43,025 nt of DNA from positions 1 through 43,025 of IMG/VR virus record IMGVR_UViG_3300031953_000038. One strand, 5' to 3'. This document shows positions 1 to 9,829 of the stretch, in pieces. Made by a program: the position numbers and the translations under genes. The notes below the pieces were generated by a model, which was not told where the DNA came from, searched no databases, and saw nothing but the letters and a program-made list of their open reading frames with translations. The DNA is from a virus (taxonomy: Duplodnaviria > Caudoviricetes). Positions within the stretch are counted from its first letter, which is position 1. Every line of letters starts with the position of its first letter.

Positions 1-154
1 GGGCCATTTTGCTCTGTACGGGATCGGGTATTCCCGATTTGCCCCAAGAAGGTAAAGGCCACCGACCCCAGGCCAACCAAATTTCCCGCTAGTTCAGCCC
101 GGCGCGATGCCCGGCCCTTACGTCGCGCGATGCGGCATTGGATGGTGATCACTC

Positions 155-613
155 ATGCCTGGCCCTGCCCCTAAAGAGTCAAGCCTCCGCGCCCGTCGCA
201 ACAAGACTGCAACTCGCGCGACACTCGTTCGCGACCACCACACCACGGCTCCCGAGCTACCTGACCGCAATGACGGCTGGCACTCGATGACGCGCAAGTG
301 GTGGGCCGACGTTTGGGCGTCGCCGATGTCTCCTGAGTGGGACGAGTCGGACCAGCACAACGTCTACTTGCTCGCGATGATCTATGACGACGTGTGGTGC
401 GCTGAGACTCCGCGTGAACGTCAGCAGGCATCTGCCGAGTACCGGCAGCAGCGTAAGGATCTTGGCCTCACCCCGTTTGACCGTCGCCGCCTTGAGTGGC
501 AGATCGAGCAGACCGAAGAGGCTCGAGACAAGGGCGAGAAGCGACGGTCAACCACCGATGCGTCACGTCGATCTGGCAAGGGTGACACCCGCGCGACTTT
601 GCACGCGGTATGA
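155..613 (+). CDS. terS: Terminase small subunit
   Basis: First gene, ATGA overlap with terL. MPGPAPK...RRN N-terminus, WW..VW.SP and GLTP.DRRRL.W motifs typical of actinophage TerS. Confidence 0.85.
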   Translation: MPGPAPKESSLRARRNKTATRATLVRDHHTTAPELPDRNDGWHSMTRKWWADVWASPMSPEWDESDQHNVYLLAMIYDDVWCAETPRERQQASAEYRQQRKDLGLTPFDRRRLEWQIEQTEEARDKGEKRRSTTDASRRSGKGDTRATLHAV

Positions 614-2265
614 GCACCTTCATCGTCCCCGACGATGGCCCCAACGCTGAACCGTGGCCGTCACTCGGTGGCCAGATTTGCGACCTGATCGAAGAGCGCG
701 CGGTATTCGGCCCTGGCTCACTAAAGGGTGAACCGGCCGCGCTCGACGATGAGAAGCGTGCGGCCATCTGGAAGGCCTATGAGGTCTATCCGAAGGGCCA
801 CGAGCTCGAAGGCCGTCGTCGTCACCGTCGCGTGCGCTTTTCATGGCGCAAGGGCACGGCCAAGACGGAGTTCGGCGGCTGGATCACCTTCGCCGAGTTG
901 CATCCCGAGGGCGAGACGCGCTTTGACGGTTGGCGCAAGGTTGATGGCGTGTGGCAGCCAGTTGGACGCCCTGTGCGTGACCCGTACATCCCGATGCTTG
1001 CGTACACGCAAGAGCAGGTGATGGAACTCGCCTACGGCGTGCTTTACACAGTGTGCACCGAAGGCCCTGACGCCGACTTGTTCGACGTGACCATGGAGCG
1101 CATCGTCCGTATTGGTGCGAATGGTCGTGCTGACGGCAAGGCCGTCCCGCTGGCCACAACTCCTAACGCCCGTGACGGCGCTCGCACGACGATGAACTTC
1201 TACGACGAGACGCACCGCCTAACGCTTCCCTCGCAGGTTTCGGCCTACGAGACTATGGAGGCGAACCTCCCGAAGCGCCCGCTCGACGATCCCTGGTCGC
1301 TAGGCGTGACTACCGCCGGCATTCCCGGTCAGGGCAGCGTTGCTGAAAAGGACAAGGAAGAGGCCGAGGCCATCTCCCGCGGTGAGGTCGACGAGCCCGA
1401 GCTGTTCTACTTTCACCGCGAGGCAAGCCAAAATCACGACCTCACCAACCTCAAGGGTCGCGTCGAGGCCGTTCGCGAGGCATCCGGACCTGCTGTGGCT
1501 GAGTGGTCCGACCTTCGCGGCATTGCGAAGCAGTGGGACCGTCCAGGCGCTGACCTTCGCTACCTAGAGCGCACGTGGCTCAACCGCTGGACACAGGCCG
1601 ATGCTCAGGCATTCGACCCCGTCAAGTGGCGCGAGAACGCCAACGTGGGATTCGTCCCGGCACCGGGCGCGCTGGTCACCATCGGCATTGACGGGTCTCG
1701 ATGGAAGGACGTCACGGCGATTGTCGTCACCGACGTGCATGCGCGCACCCAGTACGCGTTCGCCCACTGGATCCCCACCGAGGACAACCCAGTCAACCCG
1801 CTCGAGGTTGACGAGAAGGTGCGCGAGGCTTTTGACCGCTGGAACGTGGCGCGCCTCTATCACGACGACGACCCGAACAGCGGCATGTCCTCGATGGCTC
1901 GCGAGTGGGCTGGAGAGTTCGGTCCGCAGCGTGTCGTGACGTTCTTTACAGACTCGCGCGGGTCGCTCAAAACCGCATACATGATGCGTATCTACGAGCG
2001 GGGCATCGACAGCGGAGAAGTCCGCAACGACGGTGACGACACGATGGCCGAGCACATCGCGAACTCCCAAAAGGTCGACTCGCGCCGGGTAGATGACCAC
2101 GGCATCCCCATGTGGAAGATCGCCAAGGACCGCCACGACTCGCCCCGAAAGATCGACTATGCCGTCGCCGGCGCCCTGTCCTGGCAAGCCTGCCAAGACG
2201 TAATCGCCACCGGCGGACTCACGCAACAGACCAGCCGAAAAGTAATCGTTTCCACCCGACGTTAA
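610..2265 (+). CDS. terL: Terminase large subunit
   Basis: 551 aa with Walker A variant RKGTAKTE, Walker B FYDETH, VTTAG coupling motif, and nuclease motifs IGIDGS..KD and KIDYAVA. Confidence 0.95.
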   Translation: MSTFIVPDDGPNAEPWPSLGGQICDLIEERAVFGPGSLKGEPAALDDEKRAAIWKAYEVYPKGHELEGRRRHRRVRFSWRKGTAKTEFGGWITFAELHPEGETRFDGWRKVDGVWQPVGRPVRDPYIPMLAYTQEQVMELAYGVLYTVCTEGPDADLFDVTMERIVRIGANGRADGKAVPLATTPNARDGARTTMNFYDETHRLTLPSQVSAYETMEANLPKRPLDDPWSLGVTTAGIPGQGSVAEKDKEEAEAISRGEVDEPELFYFHREASQNHDLTNLKGRVEAVREASGPAVAEWSDLRGIAKQWDRPGADLRYLERTWLNRWTQADAQAFDPVKWRENANVGFVPAPGALVTIGIDGSRWKDVTAIVVTDVHARTQYAFAHWIPTEDNPVNPLEVDEKVREAFDRWNVARLYHDDDPNSGMSSMAREWAGEFGPQRVVTFFTDSRGSLKTAYMMRIYERGIDSGEVRNDGDDTMAEHIANSQKVDSRRVDDHGIPMWKIAKDRHDSPRKIDYAVAGALSWQACQDVIATGGLTQQTSRKVIVSTRR

Positions 2266-2281
2266 GAAAGCAGGTGATCCC

Positions 2282-3631
2282 GTGACGCCCGAGGAGACGG
2301 AGATGGATCGCCTTGTTACTGGATTGACCGCCGCGCAGAAGCCGCTTGGACGCTATGACGTGTACTACGAGGGCAACCAGCCCATCAAGTTCATTGCCCC
2401 GTCTCTGCAGAAGGAGTTCGGCGAGCGTATTACGGCGCTAGTGCTGAACTTCGCTCGAGTGGTGGCCGACGCATACGAGGCCCGCCTGGATGTCGAGGGA
2501 TTCCGCTACGCGGGCTCCGACTCGGGCGACGAGGGCCTTTGGTCCGCGTGGCAGGCCAATGACCTAGATGAGCAGTCGCAGCAGGCCCACCTGGACTCCA
2601 TTGCGCTCTCCCGTGCCTACGTCCTCATTGGCTCGGGCGACAGCAAGGATGACGCGCCGATTGTGACCGTCGAGTCTGCGTTGCAGGTCTTTGCTCGTCG
2701 TGATCCTCGCACTCGCCGAGTGGTCTCCGCGGTGAAGCGATGGGACGAGGGTGAGCCGACGACGGCCCCGATGGAGCAGCACGCGATGCTGTACCTGCCG
2801 AACTCGACTCGCCACCTGGTCAACGGCCGGGACGGCTGGCAGCTTACGGGCGAGATCGACAGCCACGACCTGGGCCGCGTGCCCGTTGTGCCGCTGGTGA
2901 ACCGCCCTCGCATTTTGCGTCCGGACGGCCTTAGCGAGTTCCACGACATCCTGCCGGTCGCTGATGCCGCCAACAAGATGGCCACCGACATGATGGTCTC
3001 AGGCGAGTATCACATGATGCCCCGCCGCTGGGCGGCTGGCATGAATGAGTCGGACTTCCAGGACGAAGCGGGCAACCCCCTTAACCCCTGGTCACGCGAC
3101 GCCGGCACGTTGTGGGCCACAGAGAACAAGGACGCGAAGTTCGGCCAGTTTGACGAAGCTGACCTGGCGAACTTCCACAACACCATTAAGTTGCTGACAC
3201 AACTGGTAGTGCAGTTGGCCGCACTGCCTCCGCATTACGCAGCGTTCGCCGGCGGTGACTCGAATCCGACTTCCGCCGATGCGATCCGCTCGTCGGAGTC
3301 GCAATTAGTCAAGCGCGTGGAGCGCAAGCACACCTACCTGGGCGGCGCGTGGGAAGACGTCATGCGCACGATCCTCCGCTTCCAGACTGGCAAGTGGGAC
3401 ACCAAGGCGCAGTCGCTCGAGACGATCTGGCGCGACCCTGCTACCCCGACAGTGGCACAGAAGGCCGACGCGATCATGAAGCTGGCCACGCCGCTCCAGA
3501 ATGGCCACGCAGTGCTGCCGCTTGAGCAGGCCCGCATCGACTTGGGCTACACGTCGGAGCAGCGTCGACGCATGACGAAGATGGACTACGAAGCCGCGCG
3601 CAACCCTTTCCTCGACACCGCTCAGGACTAA
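2282..3631 (+). CDS. Portal protein (SPP1 gp6-like)
   Basis: YYEG near N-terminus, H.LGRVPVVPL.NR, G.SE, SADA and WRDP motifs; follows terL. Confidence 0.93.
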   Translation: MTPEETEMDRLVTGLTAAQKPLGRYDVYYEGNQPIKFIAPSLQKEFGERITALVLNFARVVADAYEARLDVEGFRYAGSDSGDEGLWSAWQANDLDEQSQQAHLDSIALSRAYVLIGSGDSKDDAPIVTVESALQVFARRDPRTRRVVSAVKRWDEGEPTTAPMEQHAMLYLPNSTRHLVNGRDGWQLTGEIDSHDLGRVPVVPLVNRPRILRPDGLSEFHDILPVADAANKMATDMMVSGEYHMMPRRWAAGMNESDFQDEAGNPLNPWSRDAGTLWATENKDAKFGQFDEADLANFHNTIKLLTQLVVQLAALPPHYAAFAGGDSNPTSADAIRSSESQLVKRVERKHTYLGGAWEDVMRTILRFQTGKWDTKAQSLETIWRDPATPTVAQKADAIMKLATPLQNGHAVLPLEQARIDLGYTSEQRRRMTKMDYEAARNPFLDTAQD

Positions 3632-3634
3632 CCC

Positions 3635-4735
3635 GTGGCACTCCAACAGGTACCGCCAGTCGCTGTCACCTATGGGCAGGCTCAGCAGCAGCAGCGCAAC
3701 GCCGCACTGTATGAGGTCAACCGCTTATGGCGCCGCGTCGACACCGCAGACATTACTGGCGGCTTTCTCGCCATCGCTCCGGAACTGCTCGAGGTTACGA
3801 ATACCGCACAGGCTCGCCTGGGTAACGCGGCTGTCGAGTATGTGCCCAAGGTACTCGAGGCCACAGGACAAGCGAGCGCCGATAAGCCCCGGTTCACCAC
3901 CCGCCCGGATGCCATGGTCGGCACTGCAGGTAGTGGTGTCGGGACTGAGACCGTGGCATACGGAGCCGTGACTCGCACCAAGTCAGCAATTGGGGCGGGC
4001 ATGGCCCCCGCAGCCGCCAAGGAGCAGGCCGGTCAGTGGCTCACCGCGGCGCTCGGAACAGTGTTTTCTGACACGGGTCGAATGATGGAAGGTCTCGCCG
4101 GGTATTCGCGCCCCGTTAGCGGTTGGGTTCGGATGCTCAACGGTAAATCGTGTGGGCGTTGCATCGTCTTGGCAGGCAAGTTCTACCGCAAGAATCGCGG
4201 TTTTCAAAGGCATCCAGGATGTGATTGCCGACATATTATCGCCTCCGAAAACATTGCGGGCGACCTGACGACCAGCCCTACCGCCTACCTCGACTCACTA
4301 CCTACGGGCGATGAGTTGCGCGAGAAGTACCCCGGCATGACTCTCGACGAGATTAGCCGAAAGCACGGCGAGACCACCATCGAGAAGGCGCTCGGCTCCC
4401 AGGCGAACGCGCGAGCCTACAAGGACGGTGCGGACCCGTTCCAGCTCATTAACGCCTACCGCCAACCCGGCGGACCACGTGGCCCTGGCGGCATTCCGTC
4501 GATTAAGACTGCGCAGGTGTACGGCAATAACGTCAAGTACACGCTCGAGGGCACTACGCGACGCGGTGTTGCTGACCGTCAGATGCGCGAGGTTCGTGCG
4601 CTCAGTCAGTACAACCCGGCACTTGGACGCCGCGAAACCAAAGCCGTCCGACTGATGCCTGAGTCCATCTACAAGATTGCCCGCGATCAGTCGCACGCCG
4701 ATCAGATGCTCCGCGACTTCGGCTGGGTCCCCTGA
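3635..4735 (+). CDS. Head morphogenesis / MuF-like minor capsid protein
   Basis: CGRCIVLAG...FQRHPGCDC motif and RLMPESIY C-terminus; lies between portal and scaffold. Confidence 0.8.
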   Translation: MALQQVPPVAVTYGQAQQQQRNAALYEVNRLWRRVDTADITGGFLAIAPELLEVTNTAQARLGNAAVEYVPKVLEATGQASADKPRFTTRPDAMVGTAGSGVGTETVAYGAVTRTKSAIGAGMAPAAAKEQAGQWLTAALGTVFSDTGRMMEGLAGYSRPVSGWVRMLNGKSCGRCIVLAGKFYRKNRGFQRHPGCDCRHIIASENIAGDLTTSPTAYLDSLPTGDELREKYPGMTLDEISRKHGETTIEKALGSQANARAYKDGADPFQLINAYRQPGGPRGPGGIPSIKTAQVYGNNVKYTLEGTTRRGVADRQMREVRALSQYNPALGRRETKAVRLMPESIYKIARDQSHADQMLRDFGWVP

Positions 4736-4792
4736 CACAAACTTCCCCACGCTACGAGGGCGCGGGATTGAGCACAACAAGGAGATGGCGCG

Positions 4793-5392
4793 ATGCCTGA
4801 CGAGAACACCCCCCCTACTGCCACGGCCCCCGACGCTCCGGCGGTGGAACCAACCATCACACCCAAGCCGGCCGAGCAGGCTGCCGCCGCCAAGCCCGTA
4901 CCCGAGCCACCCAAGGCAACGGCGAATGCTAGCGGTGACTCGACCCCCCGACCCGAAGGTGTCACTGACGTCGAATGGTCGGCACTTGGAGATCCCGGCA
5001 AGGCTGCGCTGGTGCGTGAGCGTCAGAAGGCGTCTGCCGCCGAAGCAAAGGTCCGTGAGTTTGAAACTCGCGATCTATCTGAACTTGAGAAGGCGCAGCG
5101 CGAGGCTGCGGAAAACAAGGCGGTGGCCGACAAAGCCACGACTGAGGCGCTACGACTGCGTCTGGCCACTCGTCATGGCATCAGCGAAGAGGACGCCGAA
5201 CTGTTTCTCGTAGGAACAGATGAAGCCACTCTCGCGACCCAGGCCGAACGAGTTGCTGCACTGCGCGGCACCCCGCCCGAGCCCCGCATCCCTGCGCCCG
5301 ATCCGGGCCAGGGCGCACGCCCCAATGGTCCCTTGTCTGAGGATGACCAACTCTACGAATCGCTCTACCCGAGCGCCCCTATCAGGAAGTGA
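4793..5392 (+). CDS. Capsid scaffolding protein
   Basis: Pro/Ala-rich N-terminus, LGDPGKAAL..ER, coiled coil LSELEKAQ, PAPDPGQG tail; RBS AAGGAG. Confidence 0.88.
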   Translation: MPDENTPPTATAPDAPAVEPTITPKPAEQAAAAKPVPEPPKATANASGDSTPRPEGVTDVEWSALGDPGKAALVRERQKASAAEAKVREFETRDLSELEKAQREAAENKAVADKATTEALRLRLATRHGISEEDAELFLVGTDEATLATQAERVAALRGTPPEPRIPAPDPGQGARPNGPLSEDDQLYESLYPSAPIRK

Positions 5393-5401
5393 GTACATCT
5401 C

Positions 5402-5791
5402 ATGGCTGAGTACATTCCCGTGCGGATCCCTGGGCAGGCTCTTGTCGCCCAGGCTTCTGCCGCAATCACCGGTGGCCAGCTGGTGTACGTTTCTGGCTCT
5501 GGCACTGTCGCTCCGGCGACGGCGAACTCTCCGGCTTGGCTCGGTGTCGCCGCATTCGACGCAGCGCTCGGCACCGACGTGACTGTCCACTGTGGCGGCA
5601 CGCAGGAAGCGGTCGCGTCTGGCGCGATCACGGCCGGCGCGCTCGTCGTGGCCGCGGCGGACGGTGCGGTTTCGGCCCTGGCCGCCGTCACCACTCCGAC
5701 CGCCGCTGACGTCACCAATTCGCGTGCCGTCGTCGGCATCGCACTCACGACTGCGGCGGACAACATTGTCCGCGTGCAGTTCATCCGCTGA
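5402..5791 (+). CDS. Capsid cement/decoration protein (DUF2190-like)
   Basis: Ala/Gly/Val-rich beta protein (ASAAITGGQLV, GVAAFDAA, VGIAL) upstream of the major capsid gene. Confidence 0.75.
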   Translation: MAEYIPVRIPGQALVAQASAAITGGQLVYVSGSGTVAPATANSPAWLGVAAFDAALGTDVTVHCGGTQEAVASGAITAGALVVAAADGAVSALAAVTTPTAADVTNSRAVVGIALTTAADNIVRVQFIR

Positions 5792-5854
5792 CCCCACCAT
5801 TCATCCCTCGGAGCGGCGCGAGTCGACTCCTCTAGACCCTAGGAGGGGTCAAAC

Positions 5855-6766
5855 ATGGCTTACACCTACCCACCCGCTGCGCCTACGCTCAGCGGCGACA
5901 CCATGTCCATCAATCGCTTCCTGAATAACCCGTCCCTTGTGGCTCGGCGCGTCCAGGACCTCGCGTCAAACCGCTTCATCGCTGACGTCGTGCTTTCGAG
6001 CCGTCAAGACGTCGAGGGTGGCGCGATTGTCTACGATGAGGACGACCCGCTATTCACGGCGCGTCCCGTTGAGGCCGTCAGCCCCGGTGGCGAATACCCA
6101 CTGACCCCCATCGGCACGGGCGAAGCCCAGGTCGTGAAGGTCACCAAGTGGGGCCAGGACACCCTGGTCACCGACGAGGCGATCAAGCGTCGTCGTCAGA
6201 ACGCGGTTGACGGCGCACTCACGCAGGTCGTGAACTCCGTCGTCAAGCACGTTGACTCGGTGGCGCTGTCGCTCATCGCGTCGCGCGTCACTGCCACTCA
6301 CGCGGCGTCCGCCGTGTGGACCGGCGCCAGCGCGACGATCCTGCGCGACATCCTGCTGGCCAAGGCCAAGGTCGCGGCGCTCAACAAGGGTTACGACCCG
6401 AACCTGTTGATCGTGGACGACCTCACCTGGGCGTACATCGCATCGGATCCGACTATCGCAGGCGCTCGCGCCCGCGAGGACGTGGCGAACCCGGTGTACT
6501 CGGGCAACTTCCCGATCATCGGTGGTCTGACCATCCTGCCCACGCCCAACCTTCCGGGTGGGTCCGGCGGCTGGATTGTCGACTCAACTCGCCTCGGTGG
6601 CATTGCTGACGAGAACCTCGGTGGCGGCTACACCGGCGGCAACGTCGAGTCAAAGTCGATGCGCGAGGACGAGAACGACCAGTGGCGCCTTCGCGGCCGT
6701 CGCGTGTGCGTTCCCTACGTCACCGACCCCGGCGCCGGTATTCGTATCACCGGTATCACGGCCTAA
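5855..6766 (+). CDS. Major capsid protein
   Basis: 303 aa, V.PGGEYP and KWG...VTDEA motifs, ends ITGI; highly biased codons; RBS AGGAGG. Confidence 0.88.
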   Translation: MAYTYPPAAPTLSGDTMSINRFLNNPSLVARRVQDLASNRFIADVVLSSRQDVEGGAIVYDEDDPLFTARPVEAVSPGGEYPLTPIGTGEAQVVKVTKWGQDTLVTDEAIKRRRQNAVDGALTQVVNSVVKHVDSVALSLIASRVTATHAASAVWTGASATILRDILLAKAKVAALNKGYDPNLLIVDDLTWAYIASDPTIAGARAREDVANPVYSGNFPIIGGLTILPTPNLPGGSGGWIVDSTRLGGIADENLGGGYTGGNVESKSMREDENDQWRLRGRRVCVPYVTDPGAGIRITGITA

Positions 6767-6783
6767 GCGAAAGGGAGACAACC

Positions 6784-7119
6784 ATGGCACACATCGTCTC
6801 CTCGCCTCTTGTGGCGGTCAACGGCGTCGACGGGAAGGTCAAGTACCTGTACCGCAACACCATCGTCCCCTCCGATGTTTCGGAGAAGGACATCACGCGG
6901 CTCGTGGCTGACGGCCTGATCGAGAAGGTCAGCACCGTCAGCGCGGCAGCGCCGGAATCCCAGGACGAGGCAGGCGACTCTCTGGAGCGCCCGGCCGAGT
7001 CCGGCAAGGGTTCCGGCATGGATAAGTGGGTTGCCTACGCGGCGGCCCACGAAGTCGAGATCGACCCGGAGTCGTCCAAGGACGACATCATCGCGGCAGT
7101 CGCCGCGGCCGGGCACTAG
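6784..7119 (+). CDS. Hypothetical virion-associated protein (C-terminal W.AYA...SKDDII helical motif)
   Basis: RBS GGGAG, ATG at 6784; typical small gene after the major capsid gene. Confidence 0.7.
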   Translation: MAHIVSSPLVAVNGVDGKVKYLYRNTIVPSDVSEKDITRLVADGLIEKVSTVSAAAPESQDEAGDSLERPAESGKGSGMDKWVAYAAAHEVEIDPESSKDDIIAAVAAAGH

Positions 7120-7138
7120 TAGAAGGGACGGCACGCTC

Positions 7139-7513
7139 ATGGCATATGCAAGCATCGACGATGTCACCGTGCGCCTTGGGCGTGCCGTCTCTGAAACTGC
7201 TGAGCAAGATCAGATTGATACATGGATCGAGGATGCTGAGCGTCTGATCCTGCGTCGCTTCCCTGACCTGTCAACGCGCATTGCAACCGGCACGGTTGCC
7301 GAGGCTGAAGTAGTTATGGTCGAGGCGCAAGCCGTCGTCCGCAAGGTGAAGAACCCGGACGGAAAGCAAAACGAGCGCATCGAGGACTACTCCTACGGAC
7401 TAGTCGAGGCCGCTGCTCGCGGTGAGGTGTTCATCACTGACGACGAGTGGGCGTTGCTTATGCCGACGCGGGATCCCCGGGGCGCGTTTTCCGTTCGCCC
7501 GAAGTGGGGTTGA
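7139..7513 (+). CDS. Head-to-tail adaptor
   Basis: MAYASIDDV..RLGR, V.NPDG...E.IEDYSY and ITDDEW.LL motifs. Confidence 0.85.
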   Translation: MAYASIDDVTVRLGRAVSETAEQDQIDTWIEDAERLILRRFPDLSTRIATGTVAEAEVVMVEAQAVVRKVKNPDGKQNERIEDYSYGLVEAAARGEVFITDDEWALLMPTRDPRGAFSVRPKWG

Positions 7514-7514
7514 G

Positions 7515-7904
7515 GTGAGCGCATCTAGCGCAACACTCGCGGGTCGTCGCATGGCCGAGTCCTTGATGGTCGACACGGTGCGCATCGAGGAACTGACTGG
7601 CGCATCGGAACTCATTGACGGTGAAGAGGTTCCCACTCGCACGCTGGTCTACCAAGGCAAGGCCCGCTTCCGTTCGGTCGCCCCGTATGAGCAAAAGCCG
7701 AACGTACCGGGCGGGAATGCGACGGTTCTACGGAACGGCCTATCCATCCCCATATCGGCCGGGCCCGCGGAGGTTGGGCACGTCGTTACGTGCATCACTT
7801 CTGCGCTCGATCCATTCATGGCCGGACGGGAATATCGGGTCGCATCCCCGATTCACGATACGCACGCCACCGCCCAACGTCTAGCACTTGAAGAGAACCT
7901 GTAA
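7515..7904 (+). CDS. Head-to-tail stopper (DUF6093-like)
   Basis: GRRMAESLM.DT, VYQGKAR and TA.RL motifs; synteny. Confidence 0.75.
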   Translation: MSASSATLAGRRMAESLMVDTVRIEELTGASELIDGEEVPTRTLVYQGKARFRSVAPYEQKPNVPGGNATVLRNGLSIPISAGPAEVGHVVTCITSALDPFMAGREYRVASPIHDTHATAQRLALEENL

Positions 7905-8317
7905 TGCCTCGCACCGGCGCCAAGGTAACCACTGACACGTCCGAGGTTCGAGCTCTTGCTGCCGATCTCCGTGCCATTCCCGAGAAACTGTCTCGCCACA
8001 TTTACCCCATCGTTGAGAAGGCCGCGCAGAACATGAAGGCCGACATGCGCGCCGAGATGGACGGGTCGGAGCACTTCAACGTGGTGACGCGATCCATTGA
8101 CTATGACGTGAATGTTCGTAGCGCTTTCGGCACTGGTTCGTATGAGGCTGAGGTTGGCCCGAATAAGGATCGTGCGCCATCGGCATCGCTTGCCCAGTTC
8201 GCCTATTTCGGTGACGCATCCCGTCCTGGCACCGTGGCCGATCCGCAACTGGCGCTCGAAGCTGAGGAACCTAAGTTCGTATCCGCGCTTGAGAAACTAC
8301 TGGATGGGCTGATCTGA
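7904..8317 (+). CDS. Neck protein (HK97 gp10-like)
   Basis: SIDYDV, AEVGP, A.FG motifs; position between stopper and tail terminator. Confidence 0.7.
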   Translation: MPRTGAKVTTDTSEVRALAADLRAIPEKLSRHIYPIVEKAAQNMKADMRAEMDGSEHFNVVTRSIDYDVNVRSAFGTGSYEAEVGPNKDRAPSASLAQFAYFGDASRPGTVADPQLALEAEEPKFVSALEKLLDGLI

Positions 8318-8718
8318 TGCGCTCTCACGTCAACGCAATCCTGGTGATCGGCGACGACCTAGGGTTTGAGGTTGCCGACACTGGCAAGCCCGAGGGTGAG
8401 CCGCAACGGTACGCCTTCCTGGGCGCCCCTAACCTGCGTGAGATCCAGGCCACAGTGTCCGATGAGCGTCGCGATATTGATGACTTGATACACATCACTG
8501 CGGCTGGCGTGAGTGCCCGCCAGGTGCGTGAGATGCAGGATGAGATTACCGCGGCGTATGACGGTGCGAAGCCTGACGTTGACGGTTACGACTGCCACCT
8601 GGAGCGCCTGTATGGTGCGCCGATTTCGCTCGGTGGTGGCATCACGTTCACGGATACGAATACTGGCCCGTTCTATGGGGTCGACACGTACCGATACACG
8701 GCGACCCCGGTCGTCTGA
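8317..8718 (+). CDS. Tail terminator protein
   Basis: Size and synteny; last neck gene before the tail tube module. Confidence 0.6.
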   Translation: MRSHVNAILVIGDDLGFEVADTGKPEGEPQRYAFLGAPNLREIQATVSDERRDIDDLIHITAAGVSARQVREMQDEITAAYDGAKPDVDGYDCHLERLYGAPISLGGGITFTDTNTGPFYGVDTYRYTATPVV

Positions 8719-8734
8719 CCAAACACCAAACCCG

Positions 8735-8755
8735 GCCCGTTCGCGGGCTTTTTTT
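8735..8755 (+). terminator. Intrinsic terminator inside the late operon
   Basis: GCCCG-TTCG-CGGGC hairpin followed by T7. Confidence 0.85.
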
Positions 8756-8775
8756 GTACCCAAAAGGAGGCCGCG

Positions 8776-9036
8776 ATGGCCACCGCAATGCACACCGTCA
8801 CCGTCAAGACATTTCGAGTCGCTACCGGCGCAGACGTCGTGGACTCGAATGTCGCATGGGCCGAGTCCGAAGGGCTAGACCCCACGGCAATTTCAGTTGA
8901 CTCGCTCCACATATTCGAGTTCCAGCGCAACGCCGAGGGGGCGAAGTTCCTCGACGGCCAGATGGACGGCTACGCCAAACGCCCATTCTCGGCGCACGTC
9001 AAGACCATGCCCCCAGCAACCATCCCAACTATCTAG
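8776..9036 (+). CDS. Hypothetical protein (86 aa)
   Basis: RBS AGGAGG; flanked by a 21-bp near-identical repeat. Confidence 0.7.
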   Translation: MATAMHTVTVKTFRVATGADVVDSNVAWAESEGLDPTAISVDSLHIFEFQRNAEGAKFLDGQMDGYAKRPFSAHVKTMPPATIPTI

Positions 9037-9045
9037 GAGGCCGCG

Positions 9046-9225
9046 ATGCCCACCGTTCCCGTTTACCTCAAGTCCACGGGCGAGAAGTTGCCGACCGAGG
9101 TTGAATCCTCGCGCGTCAAGTTCTTCCCGAACATCACGACCGAGGCTCCAGCCCCGGCAACGCACACCCGCAAGGAAACCAACCCCCAGCCCCCGGCCTC
9201 CGGGGAAACCCCGAAGGAGAAGTAA
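9046..9225 (+). CDS. Hypothetical protein (59 aa, MPTVPVYLKSTGEK...), not in ORF track
   Basis: RBS AGGAGG, ATG 9046, TAA 9223-9225; typical small gene before the major tail gene. Confidence 0.75.
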   Translation: MPTVPVYLKSTGEKLPTEVESSRVKFFPNITTEAPAPATHTRKETNPQPPASGETPKEK

Positions 9226-9227
9226 AC

Positions 9228-9749
9228 ATGGCTGCTGTCAAGAGTCTCGCAAAGGGCCACACCAAGGTCACCTCACTTGCCGCGCCCCCCGCGGACAAGA
9301 ACGCGATCACACTCACCGAGGCGGCGGCAGGTGCCGACCTGTCGGCGTTCATCGCCCTTTCCAACTTCGCACTGGGCTCGACTGGTTCGTCCACCACGGA
9401 TGACCCGTCGCTTGAGCAGACCGCGAACTTCCAGGCGCTTGAGGGCTCGAACTATGGCGCCCACTTTGAGCCTTACCGCTATTTCGACGCAGACACGAAG
9501 ATGGTCGACCCCACTGCCGATATTGCGTTCCAGGCAATGGTGCCCAAGGGCACCCTCTTGTACTTGCTCAAGCGTGTAAGCGCCAAGCTCGGCGAGGATG
9601 CCTGGGAGACGGGTGATGAGTACTCGTATTACGAGGCCTACACCGACGACCCCCAGGCTCCCGCGTCTGACTCGGGTTACGTCAAGTGCCCCGTGGACAT
9701 GGCCGTATCTGAGGCCGTCGAGTTCAAGACCCTCGTCGCTGGCGTTTAA
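9228..9749 (+). CDS. Major tail tube protein
   Basis: 173 aa; P.D...ITLTE, S.T.DDP.L, G.SNY and TDDPQ motifs; precedes the tail chaperones. Confidence 0.85.
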   Translation: MAAVKSLAKGHTKVTSLAAPPADKNAITLTEAAAGADLSAFIALSNFALGSTGSSTTDDPSLEQTANFQALEGSNYGAHFEPYRYFDADTKMVDPTADIAFQAMVPKGTLLYLLKRVSAKLGEDAWETGDEYSYYEAYTDDPQAPASDSGYVKCPVDMAVSEAVEFKTLVAGV

Positions 9750-9757
9750 CCCAATCG

Positions 9758-9800
9758 TCACCCGGCCCGCTGCTGCTTAAACGCCGGCGGGTCGGGTGGC
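9758..9800 (+). terminator. Long GC-rich hairpin after the major tail gene (terminator or mRNA stabiliser)
   Basis: GTCACCCGGCCCGCTG pairs with CGGCGGGTCGGGTGGC; no adjacent U-tract. Confidence 0.55.
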
Positions 9801-9829
9801 ACCCCCACGTTTTGCCCTTGGAGGGGAAC

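Noticed and set aside
847-870. Defective terminase Walker A (GTAKT instead of GxGKT)
   Set aside because: KGxAKTE is a recognised variant in this terminase group; other motifs are intact.
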